From Octopus sinensis (Eukaryota): a stretch of DNA of 64,000 nucleotides. Shown piece after piece: positions 41,042 through 53,405 of this stretch. Each line of letters starts with the position of its first letter. Positions within the stretch are counted from its first letter, which is position 1. The stretch spans positions 114,204,001-114,268,000 of the forward strand of contig NC_042999.1 in assembly GCF_006345805.1 (NCBI RefSeq), written 5' to 3'. The notes beneath the pieces are model-generated. The model had not been told where the DNA came from and ran no database searches. It saw only the letters and a list, made by a program, of their open reading frames with translations. The translations under genes were made by a program, and so were the position numbers.

Positions 41042-42912
41042 CTGGAATTCAGAAAACATTAGTGTTATCAGCAATGATACCAAAGTTATGCCTCTTACTG
41101 ATCCACTATTTCATGCCCTTAGGGAAAGCTTTGACAGAGTGAAAATTTCTAAAATAGCAGGACAGTTATTTATCTTAGATACCCTCAGCAAACTAGTCCT
41201 CATGGTTCTGGTTTGTACAAAGATGAAGTTTAGCAGTTTCTGCACAGCCAAAGCATGCACAAATTTAGAAAACCTCTAAAAGGCATATTTATGGAATACA
41301 ATTTAGACATAACCATTAGCAGAAATCTAAGAATAGCTAAATTTTTCAGACATCACATTAAATCTGATTACAGGTGAAACAGTGTCCAACAGAATACAAG
41401 ACAAAGAAACTATATAGATACACAAATTCCTCGCAACTACAATTAATAACCCTATAAATGAGGTAAGTAAAAGAATTTTCAATTGTTACTCTGACAGAAA
41501 TATATTCAATTGTGCTACCACAATTCACTAACAAGAAATAGCTCCAGAGTGAAATAATATGTACTCTGCAAAAAGTACTGAGTAATCCTTCAGTTTGATT
41601 TATTATAACTCAACATAAAAACAAACATTAATATAAGGAACTTCCTCTTTATAATTGCAGATTCAGAAAGAGAAACATTGCCAGATCAGATTGGAGTCTG
41701 GTGCAGTCACTGGCTCTCCAGACCCCAGTCAAACCATCTAACCCATGCCAGCATGGAAAATGGACATTAAACGATGATGATGATGATGATAACTATATCT
41801 GAAGGACACATTGTACAGAGTAGTCTTAAACATACTGTTTCAAACAGGGAAAAATAAATGATGAAAAATGCAGGCGGATAAGACAGGTTGTCAAGATTAG
41901 GAACATAGTTAGAATGCAATCTGAAACCATGTATAGAAAGAATTAGACAACGGATGATGATCAGAGATCAAGCTGATCAAAATATAGAGTAGAAGTAAAT
42001 ACGGCTGTATGGTAAGAAGTTTATTTCCTAACCACACAATTCTAGGTTCAGTCCCTCTGTGTCCTGCCTTAGGTAAGTGTCTTCTACTATACCCTCAGAC
42101 CAAGTAAAGCCTTTGAGTGGATAAAACTGTAAGCCCATTTGGTAGACAGAACCATAGTAAGCCCATCATATATGTGTGTGTGAATTTGTCCACTGCTTGG
42201 CAAATAATGTTGGTTTGTTTACATTCATGTAAATTAGCAGCTTAATAAAAAAAAAGTGACCAATAGAATAATCACCAGGCTTAGAAAATAAATAAGTACT
42301 GGGGTTGATTTGTTTGACTAAACCCTTCAAGGCAGCACCCTGGCATGGCCATAGTCTAATGACTGAAACAAGTAAAAAATAAATGATAAAAGATTGCTGT
42401 GACTAACAACACAGATATTGCCAAGAGCACAAGTGTTTCTCTTTGAAATGCTATTTCCTAGTCATATAACCATTTTGTGGAAAAGGCACACTAATTTCAA
42501 AACAAATCTGTAAAACCAGGACAAGGAACAGAACTCAGAAATAAAACAATATATCTGAACAGAGTGAGTGTAGTTTAGACATTTTCTAATGCACTGTGTA
42601 AGAGAAAGAGCGATTAAATGTAAATGCCTTGAGGAAGTATATGAAACTAGAGGTATGGAACCTACATGTGAACTGATATGAAATTAAAACCACCAGAATT
42701 TGATGAGACATGTAGGTCTGCCAAGGCATTAGCTAATACAGTAAAAGACCAAAATAAGGTACGTTAGGTTGTTTTGAACAGAAGAGACCTTTCCTTAATC
42801 TTTTATGAAAGTGTTTGTTTGAAATAGCAGACTGCTACTTCCTATAGAAACCTGACATTATTTTTTTTGCATTCAATGTAAAAACTACACAAAAATTTAT
42901 CTTTATAATATG

Positions 42913-43263
42913 CAGGTATTCCTCAACTTATGTCAGTAATTGATTGTAAGATATGCAGTTTAACTCGAAAAACAATGTAACATGTAAAAATATTTGGAAA
43001 ACTTATTAGCTGATATCGGTTTTAATAAATGGTTTGTACATATATTTCCATATGCATTTTGTTTCATTTTCCACTTCAGAATTCGCTTTTTTTAAAATTA
43101 AAATTTTTATTTTTAAACATTTATGTTTTAAATATCGTTGATGAGACTGACGTAGAGTCAGATAAATTAACTGCAGTTGAGGTTTATTATTTTTCCATTA
43201 ATTTTTTAAATGTAAAGTTGAAAAACCTCTAACTCAAAAATGATGTAAATTGAAGTATGCTCG
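42913..43263. mobile_element. Tigger/pogo-like MITE
   Basis: Degenerate TIRs caggtattcctcaacttatgtca / tgatgtaaattgaagtatgctcg|TA. Confidence 0.55.
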
Positions 43264-43948
43264 TATTTACAACTTCATCTTATCTCTCCCCAAACTGCTC
43301 ATTAGCATATGACAGAGATCACATGATTCTACACAGAAATAACCAACACACAACACAAGTGCTATCATTTGAGTTATCACTATCCACAGGAATTTAGATA
43401 CAAATGCCCAAGTGGAACTATATGAAACCAGAGACATGAAACTTTATACAATAGTTCCCACACATATTATGCAACTGAATATATGAGAATCAACGAATCA
43501 AAATGTTTTGTGTGAGAATGAAAATCTGAATGGATGTGTGAAATGAGGAATAATAAAATAGCTTCATGACATGCATAAAAACAGAGGTGTTGAAAAAAAC
43601 AAAAACAAAAAAGCAACAAACAAACAAACAGAAAAATGAACCACCAAAGTAGTAATAGTAGCAGCATTAGTAATAGTAATAAGTGCTGAAAAATAAAATG
43701 TGAACAACAAGAAAGAGAAATTAAATATTTATCATGTCAAATTAAAGCTGTCACAATGTTGTGAAAATACTCCTCTCTCTTTTCCTGTCTCACTCTCTCT
43801 CTTTCTCAAACGTACACAAACTCATCAACTTGGCATAAATAAGATAATCGTGATATTGAAAACTCATGGCGAATTTTTTTTTCCCCTCCACATTAAGCAA
43901 CACAAAATATTTCTTTCTTACTCATACACACACTCCTATTTAGATAGA

Positions 43949-43980
<32 letters not shown>

Positions 43981-44561
43981 TACATTTTAAAAATTAGAGC
44001 AATTTGTATCAATTGGCAACCATAGCAAAAACGGCGTCAAAATGGCGACTATAGTTTGGACAATGAGACATTCACTGATTATGTTACATAACAGTTTTGC
44101 ACTACTTTGTGGATGAACTGAGCAAAGAATTCAAGCTTTTTTTATGCTCCTAATACTCCGAGTTTTTAACTATTCACTCTCTTTAACATTCTCTTTACAC
44201 TCTCCCATTTTACCCCAGGATGTAACTGGTGCATGAAATACCAGAAGAATTGGTTCAGAAGACAGGTTAATAAAACTACCAATCCTCTGAATCAATTCTG
44301 CTGACAATGACAACAACTATCATAAAGTCATAGACTCCTGGAGACCGCTATGAAGTATCTTTAGGGGATTTCAGGAAACAGTACACACTAGTGTGGTGCT
44401 ATGTTACTAATGTATTTCTAATGGCTCATAGCAGGAACTCAACACAAGCTGCTAGCAGCCGATGCTGCCTGCATACAGCTAAGTAGTTTGGGCCAAGAAC
44501 TTAAAACTCTTTGTGGAATATTGCTTAACAAATATATGCAACCTATATCTTTTAATTTCTA

Positions 44562-45057
44562 TCCTTTTGCAACCATATTCCTGTTGAAATACACTTTCTT
44601 TGTTTCTGCTGATTTTGAAAAGAATGAAGAATCTAGTAAAATAACTGAAATTATAAAACTGGAGTTTGGATCATAAATAAACATGAAATTTCGACAGATA
44701 CTTTTAATTTAGATTACTTCAAAACAAGAAGCTTGTACCACAGAACCAAAAGTAGTCTTGGATGGGTTGGTATCAGAAAGGTTAAAAGTAACTAAGAAGT
44801 TTAAAAATATGTAGGAAAATACCTTTATATTCATTAACCCTTTTGATGCCAACCCAACTGAAACTGTCTCTGACTCTGTAGTACAAATGTCTTGTTTTCA
44901 TAAGTTTTGAATTAAAATCTTTCACCAAACCTTAGTTACAATTTATGTTCCTAACACCAGCTTAATGACAACAAAGTTATTTTGCTAAATTCTTTGTCAT
45001 ATTTAAAATTATTTGAAAGAAACACAGAGCACCTCAAAATAAATACAAACAAAAGGG
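44562..45057. mobile_element. Two piggyBac-type MITEs in inverted orientation (44562-44781 and 44838-45057)
   Basis: TTAA|ccctttt and aaaggg|TTAA ends; the start of copy 2 is the reverse complement of the end of copy 1. Confidence 0.75.
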
Positions 45058-45308
45058 TTAATTGGTGTATAAAGCTGATGTTTGGAATTCAACTTAAGAA
45101 GGAATTCTTAAAATATAGGCTTATTACCAACTAAACTCTCATATTATTTATGTAATAAGATTTGGGCTCCAACTTCAATTGATTATATTGAACTTTGAGC
45201 AGGAGATGATAAGGAAAAAGAAGTTGTAGTTTTTTTTTCTCATTTTTCCGGGCATGTTTGCAATGTTAGTGAAGTTATTTCCAATGGGAATCGAGAAAAC
45301 TGTCTTAA

Positions 45309-45876
45309 CTCTTTAGCATTTAATCTGGCCATATTTGGCTCAAAATATTGTACATCATTTATGTTCAGACCAGACAGATCTGGCCTCTCACATGTATCCT
45401 ACACTGTCGTTCTAAAAATGCACAATCGCATCATCAAAATCTTAAAGCTACAAGATAATGAATGATAAATTTAAAACAATCATCATTTATCATCTGTTGT
45501 CCATGCTGGCATGGGTTGGATGGTTTGACCAGGGTTGGTAAGCTGCAGGGTAGCACCAGACTCCAGCTTGATTTGACATGGTTTCTCCAGCTGGATGCTC
45601 ATCCTCATGCCAACCACTCCAAGAGTATAATGGCTACTTTTATGTGCCACCAGCATGAGTGCCAGTTGTGAGACACCAGTATCTGCCACAACTACGATAT
45701 CATTTGGCTTGACGAGTCTTCTTCTCAAGCACAGCCAAAGGTCTTGGTCAGTTGTCATTGCCTCCAAGAAGCCCAGTGCCTGAAATGTGCTTTTTACATG
45801 CCACCAGCATTTGGCCACACTGCCTCCATGAATAAATAAGCATTCCATTTGATATAATAACCTGACCGCTAAAGGG
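45309..45876 (+). mobile_element. piggyBac MITE (CCCTTTAGC family) with a nested RTE-tail element at 45480-45830
   Basis: TTAA|ctctttagc ... gctaaaggg|TTAA; body matches 60301-60535. Confidence 0.8.
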
Positions 45877-48019
45877 TTAATGTCTTCTTATGTGCAAATT
45901 TTCGTATTTACTGGGAAGGACAGTTTAAGGAGCAATATTTATATCATTCAAAAGGATAAGAAGTAAAACCTGCAATAAAGAATCACATTCATGTCTGACA
46001 GTAACTTAACAGTAATATTCTTCTAAAACCATACTGCCTGCCAGGTTATGCACCTGCATAATTTTGAAGAAAATCATATTTTCCCTAAAGTCAGACCCAT
46101 ACTGAGAAATGAAATTTTGCCAATTACAGATCCCCGCCGCCAAAAAAACAAAACAAACCAAACCAAAATCCACAGTCACCAAAATAAGACTATGTTAGAT
46201 TGGCCCATTAGTATTTGTGCCCAGCACCCCTTTACTCCACCCACCTGTCACAGAATTAGTTTTGAGGAACACATCCCAACTTGATCTCTTCAGGCTATTT
46301 GACTGCTACTGCCACTGCTGCTACTTTCATTTGCTGAAATACTATCCAACATTTTATTATGTCCTTCAAACTTTTTGGATATATTCCCTCCAAACTGTAT
46401 TTTTATTCTTTTATTGGATTCAGGCACTGAAGTACAATTAAGATGGGTTAGCACCCCTATGATTTCACATAAAAAAAAAGAAAAAGAAATAGCTTCAAAC
46501 TTAGTAAAAGCAACATGTATTTCAATGATTTTCAAAATGTAGGGGATAAAAAATAAAAAAACTCACACAGTTTGAACTCGATATTTTAATTTAAAATAGT
46601 TTACTTCCAAAATTTTAAGAGAAACCAAACTATCAGCTATTTTCATGACTAAAAACTTACTCTTGTTTATTTTGATTCAGGTGTTCCACATAAGAGTGGA
46701 GGTGAAATAGAAAGCAAAATATACTAGATGAAACCAGGAAACTATATGATACTTGTTAATAACTTGTGATATTTAAAGGAAAATTAACTCGTACATATTT
46801 CATAAGCCCAGGTGAGGCTGTGTGGCACCTTGAGCAAGTATCTTTAGCTCAAGGCTGAGCAAAGCCTTAAGATTGGATTTGGTAGATGGAAACTGAAAGG
46901 CTGTCAAACATGCATGTATAGCTGTAAATGTGTCACTGTGTCTATGAAACATGGAGTTAATTTTTCTTAAAATAGTACATGAGTTATTAACCAGTATTAC
47001 AGTTTCCTAGTTTTGTCTTTTATTCATTTCCAGCATGACTGGTGATGAAGAAATATCAACTTGCTTGGAAACAGATGATGGTTGGCAATAGTAAGGGCAT
47101 CCTGCTGTAGAATATCTGCTTCAATAAACCCGACCCATGTAAGCATGAACAAGTGAATAATAAAAAGATGATTTCATTGACTTTACCTGTACACACTAGT
47201 AATTAGAATAGTTTTGAGACAAAAATCCAATACTGAGTCTATGTAAGAACCTTTTGTAAAGTTGTATTCCAAACAACCCTTTGATACAGTAATAAATACA
47301 ATAAGTTAAAATGGTTTTAGAAAACCAGTGTAAATTCACAATTGCTTCTCCTCCACTACCATGTCTCCCCCAACCAATGTCTACCCCATATTCTCTGTAG
47401 CCAGTCATCTCTTCTCCTCTACCTTCCTTCTAACTCCTGTATTACTGCTCACTCCCTAACCCTATCAAATTTCCAGTTGTCACCTACCCTATTTAGCTCC
47501 CACAAAACATGTTCAACACCTCACACACTCCCATACAAGCTCAACCTACCTACACTCCCTCTTCTCTCATCACTCAATTTAGTCACCTCCTACCTAGATG
47601 CTCCATCTTGGCACCACACCACTTCTATTTTATCTCTTACTAACTCCACCCAAGTAACTCTCTCTGCAATGTAACTGAGTAGCTTGTCTACAGCAAGAAA
47701 CCTGTTCAATTCTGGACCTATCTCTCTCAATTTAACATCTTATACCATAGCATAAAGTCACTTCCTGTTTAGTCACAGGAGAACTTAGCCTTGCACGGTG
47801 ACTTCACTATTGTGTCACAAAAAAAAAAGAAAGAAAAAAAAAGGGCCCACTACAACCCTGTAAAGTGTTGGCATTAAGAAGAGCATCTAACTGTAGGCAT
47901 CATACCAAAAGCAGACTCTGGAGCACAATGCAGTTTTTAAACTCTTTGGGATCCTGTCGAACTGTCTAACCCATGCCGGCACAGAAGACGGATGTTAAAT
48001 GATTATGATGATGATGACA

Positions 48020-48263
48020 CACTTCGCATGCAATGTTAAAAAAACTACCGATATGTTTTGCGTGCAGAGTTAAAAGTTACTAGTGCACTTTGTAAATAAA
48101 TAAAAAAAAAATTGGAAAAATATAAAAACTATTGCTTACCTTGTTTATCGTGAATAACATGTTTTTCAAGCATTACTGTGGATTTTCTAAAACCTTAAAT
48201 TATAGTTTTAAAAATCCACAATGCATCTAGTTACCCCTGCAGAGCACCGTCTGAAAACCACTG
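48020..48263 (-). mobile_element. hAT-Charlie-like terminal fragment
   Basis: Minus strand begins cagtggttttcagac, typical of CAGTG-type hAT ends. The other end was not located. Confidence 0.4.
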
Positions 48264-48898
48264 CTCCAAGTCTAAACTAACCACACTATACTAATATCTT
48301 CATAGTTAACAGAAAAAATTCTATATAAATTTATAAAGCAAAATAACAAATGGCTATTTAATTCTATGTGCACCAGAAAAAGGCTCTGATGAGATCTTTA
48401 AAGCTGAAAACAATCAAGAAATGGCATTTTAATAGTTCTTTATTTATGAATTATTGCGTTTCATACAGTCTTACAATGGTCAGTAGCAACAGGTACTAAT
48501 TAAGTGGATCTGAGATTTATTTAATACATATACATTCTGGCTTTCATGAACCAACATATTTTGCTGAAACTGAGTTTCCATTAAAAATTAAATCACAGAA
48601 CAGCAAACAAATATTCAAAGCAATAGCTAAAGTTATTTCGATGATGGCCATCTGCAACAAGTTCAACTGATTCTTTTTTTTAGGTTAAAGGTTAATAGAC
48701 ACACAGGAGAAAAGGTGAAAAGAAGAAAGAAAGAAATGAAGAAGCAATTTATGGTATTGTAAATCAGACACTGAATATCTTTAAAGTGTCAAGCTTGTAT
48801 TTTCTGAAAACCATATAAATGAATATGAAGATGTGTAGATGTAAATTCAAGTGAATATTTAGAGACACACATACATTCATACACACACGCCTATTTAA

Positions 48899-49941
48899 CC
48901 CTTTCGTTACTATATTTCTGACCAAAATACACCCCTTAAGTGTTTCAATTAATTTCTAACATAATCATAAATTTAGTCTGGTTTCATTAAACAACTATAA
49001 CTTTTTTATTTATCAATATATTAATGTGATTTTTGGAAGATAATTTAATGAAATGTTCTCAACCAATTCTATACTATAATTTTTGTCACAAAGTGACTCT
49101 AATTGCAGGTAGATACAGGTAAATTCAACAAAATATAAAATTATTAAAATTTTGTTCAAACATCGCTATAGAAAATGGGTTATTAGCTAATATTCAATTG
49201 GGTATACAACAAAATTTTACGATAGAATTTGTTATTCTGGGTAACTTTCTGATACCCATAATAATATTTATGGCAAAAATAGTCTTAATTTCATTTAAGG
49301 TTGTGGGAAACCACTAACTATCCTTTCTTTCGCTTTGTTTACATTTAGTGTAACGGTTCGTTTCCGCCGTAATGATTTCAAATAGGCTCATTCGAAAAAG
49401 TAAAAAGAAATAGTCTAAGGCTTTACTCTCCTGGGAAAGTCTGTGGCTTGGTCCAGTTTCTTCAGAAAAATCACCGAAAGAAACAGTTTTTAAATTTTCA
49501 CTCCATTCAGGTGCCAATTCATTTTCTTTATCGCTGTCGGAGCTCTCGGATTCACTGTTTTCACTTTCGGAAAATGAAACATCAGATTCATTATCAAATA
49601 CCACGTGCTTTTTTTTTTCAGTCATAGAGTTAGATTTATCAAGGTCTTCAGTAGAAAATCCTTCGAATTCTGACTCGCTGCTTGATATAATGAAATTCGT
49701 ATCCATTTTTCGTCAGAATTATAAATTTTGAAAACACAATAGGAACAAATTTTGGAAAAAAATCTCCCAAAATTCACGGAATTAAAATTACACTTCGATT
49801 GTTGTACAAAACTGTAGATGAACTGTTTATGAAGTATAATACGTGTTTTCACGAATGTACTAAAGAGATTTGCTCTGATATTCTCATTTAAATATGAATA
49901 GGTAAATACGGGCGGGTTTGGGCAGTTTGGTAACGAAAGGG
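48899..49941 (-). mobile_element. Young internally deleted piggyBac retaining the transposase N-terminus (ORF 49314-49706)
   Basis: Perfect TTAA TSDs and 12-bp TIR CCCTTTCGTTAC. Acidic N-terminus followed by W...F.EETGP...LDYFFLLF...IITAETNRY, the start of the DDE_Tnp_1_7 family domain. Confidence 0.93.
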
Positions 49942-51038
49942 TTAAATAAGGTAAATGCATAAAGGCAATGCAACATCGGTTGCAAATACAATATATATTT
50001 TAATTTTACCAAGTATATTCAATCGGCTTTACCGACATAACCATAAGAAGTTTAAAAAAATCTTCTGGGATAAATTGACTAGAACCTTAATTAGTTTTAA
50101 AAACAAAACAAAATAAAAAAAAAAAACGGTACATGAAGAGAAGTGATATGTAACATTGGTGAAGGATCCATTCAAAATCTTTTAAATTTCTTCTCTTCAT
50201 GGAATATATACTATTGCACCCTTTTCTGTTTTATGAAGGAATCAAATGTGAAATACATGGGAAATCAGAGGAAATAGTGTATGGCTGTGACAAATCAGTG
50301 TCTTTGCGGTTTTAGTTTAGAAGGGTTTCATTACTTTCCAGATTGAATTCGATTTAGAAATGGGGTTTAAAATGTCAGGGTCATGCTAAAAGAGGTAATA
50401 TATATGTCTAATATAAGACAAAAAATTTGTAGCACAAACCACAGGAATCAAAGTTAATGCTTGCTATAAACTGTATAGCCATTGCTAACAAATGCACCAA
50501 ACAACATTGCAAGTTGAACCACACAAAAGTCTTAACCTAACACACTGGGATTCCAAATACCAAGAGCTTGTTAATAGAGACCTCAGTCCATACAGTATCA
50601 AGGCATGGCATGTAATATATATTTCTTTCATGTATTTATTAAATACATGTAGAAGGAGTAGCATAAATTTTGCACAAAATTCTTTTCTACTCTAGGAACA
50701 AGGCCCAAAATTTTTGGAGAGGGGGCCAGTCGATTAGATCGACCCCAGCACGCAACTGGTACTTAATTTATTGACCCTGAAAGGATGAAAGGCAAAGTCA
50801 ACTTTGGCGGAATTTGAACTCAGAATGTAAAGACAGACGAAATAGCACTCAGCATTTTGCCCGGCGTGCTAATGTTTATGCCAGCTTGCCACTTTTGCAC
50901 AAAATAGTGTATTTTTAGTGTCAATGATGTTTGAGTGGAATTCTTTATCAACCAGGTAGGACAAGGCAAATGAAGTCATGTTGTGAATCTTACATACCTA
51001 GAGGCACATCATAGTAGGTGTACTAATAAGATTTAAAT

Positions 51039-51298
51039 CAGTGTTTCTCAACCATTTTTTTTACTTATAGACTTGTTTGATTTCTCTTTTACTCAGATGA
51101 ACCCTTCTGGCCATTTGATATTTTAAAAAATCCTACTGCAATTTTATAAATAAAATATTATTAAGAATTGTATTAAAAAAAAATGTTAAAATATTTTGTG
51201 TATTGAAGAAGTATAACCAATTTATTGCATATAAATTTTAACAAGAAAATCTTACATGGATCCCTTAAGGGCATGTGGACCCCAGTTGAGAACCAGTG
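51039..51298. mobile_element. hAT-Charlie MITE
   Basis: cagtgtttctcaac ... gttgagaaccagtg ends, with 8-bp TSD atttaaat / atttaaac. Confidence 0.8.
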
Positions 51299-51418
51299 AT
51301 TTAAACTATCATAGTTTGGTGTAATGTGTGTTGCACAAAATCCTAAATTAACATAACAGCAGAAGAGAAATGGATAAGTAATTCAAAGGGTATTATTCAA
51401 CTATGAAAAATGCAATAA

Positions 51419-53405
51419 CCCTTTAGCATTCAAACCACCCAATTGCAGCCAAAATAATTCCCCCTTTATTTGTTTAAACTGGCTGTATTCAGCTTCTCTA
51501 TGAAATCAATAAATAAACAAATGAATCATGTAATTGAATCCTTGTAGCTTTGAGATAATATGAGATAAAGCCTTTCCTGCCTTTATTCAAGTATAAATAC
51601 TGTGAAATTTTTGAGATCACATAGTTTTTTCAACATCTGAAGTGGCATCAGCAAGTAGCGATTCTGATTTTGTAGGTCTTACACTTAATGATTTACAGAA
51701 TGTAAAAGTAAACAACAGTGATTTGTCTTTGGGTGAATCTGATATTTTTGATATAATGAATATTTGTTGGACAAGGGAGATCTTGATAGTGTAAATGAAG
51801 AAAATATTCAAGATGACATTCAAAACATGACAGCAACATGGTTGATAGTTAAAACATCCATCGCAATTGCAGATTTTACAGAAAAGACTGGTCCACATCA
51901 CAATTTGCATCCCAATGCTCAACCCTTTTCAAAACTGTCACAGAGGTAATACACACATGTCCAATGAATGATTTCTACTCATGGAAGGCCTGATCAACTA
52001 TGGAAGCCAACCAATACTGCAGAAATATGAGCTTTTTTTTTTTTATTAGTTTCCTAGATTGTGGAACAACTGGAACCCAAATATAAGGTATGGTAACCCA
52101 TATATATCTAGTATCATCTTAGTATTTACAACCTGACTCAGCTAAATTCCCTAGCAGGAATGAACCCAACTATGATTACCTATATAAAGTGCAACCAACT
52201 ATTGATTTACCATCTGAAAAGTATAAAACTGTATATGAGCTGGGGGAAAAAATCTCAATGTAGATGAGTTCATGATAGTGTATAAGGGTAGAGCACATTT
52301 TTGGCAACATATATCTGTCATACCCATTAAACAGGGCTTCGAGATATGGGAGGTATGGGAATCAGACAGGGTATTTTTGCTAACTTTGATATCTGCACTG
52401 GGAAAAAAATATAATGGAAACAGACCAGATGGATTGGAGTATGACATTCTCCAGATGCAAAAGAAAATTGGCTAGTCACCTCATGAAAGCTTTTCTTCCA
52501 GAAAACATAGAACTGGGAAAAAAAGCAAAATTAATTGAGGTGGATGTCAATGGAGAAAATATGGACTTCCATAAAATGGAAAAAAGTTTGTAGAGGTATG
52601 TGCATCAGACAGGGTATTTGTGGTATTTTTTAACAGCTACACTGGGAAAAAATATAATGGAAACAGACCAGATGGATTGAGGTATGAAACCTTGTTTGAG
52701 TTCATGTCACAAAATGCCCTTGTGTTTTACATGAGTGATTTGGATGACAAAAATATTGCACAATTATATTTTCTAGTTTGAGAGAATTACAATTATATAT
52801 TCCTTTCATTTTATTACAAAATAACATGTGAAGATGAGAAATACATAATAATTTTTACTTTGTTACACACCTGTATTCACCTATGTCTCATTTATTAACG
52901 AACATTTTTATTAGATACATTCTGTTAAGTAAATGTACACATTACATTGTATGAAAAGATCACTGCCAATAGCATATTGACTAGTAAAAGAATTTTGTAC
53001 TTTATTTTCAATGAAAATGATTGAATGAAATATAGTGAAAGAATAAAATCTTCTACTGATTATAATTGTATTTTAATTAAAATTAATGTACTTGATCTCA
53101 CAAAGTGGTAAAATTGTTGGAGATTGACATCTGGCATAATTTTAGTAACAAATCAAACAGGTAAGATACACAAAAAGTTTCAATTTTAGTATTTATCCAT
53201 AAAGTTATTGTTAATTAATTTTAATTGTCCATAGAAGTCAAATTTAACCAAAAAGATCAGTACTGATAAAATTTCAATTCTGTATGTAAAAAAATTAACA
53301 AAATTAGAAGTAAATATTGTGTACATCTCTCTTAAACCTGATTAATTCAAAATAATGCGAACAAATAAGTATTACGTTTGACAGACTAATCTGTATGTTA
53401 AAGGG
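51419..53405 (+). mobile_element. Decayed piggyBac with transposase remnants
   Basis: ATAA|ccctttagcatt ... atgttaaaggg|TTAA ends. Remnants FTEKTGPHHNL and VDEFMIVYKGRAHFWQHISVIPIKQGFEIW match the piggyBac DESM..KGR...KP.K.G motif. Internal ~85-bp duplication at 52361 and 52604. Confidence 0.85.

Noticed and set aside
48380-48420. CTGATGAG...GAAA hammerhead-like word
   Set aside because: Stem II does not close properly and there is no convincing stem I or III.
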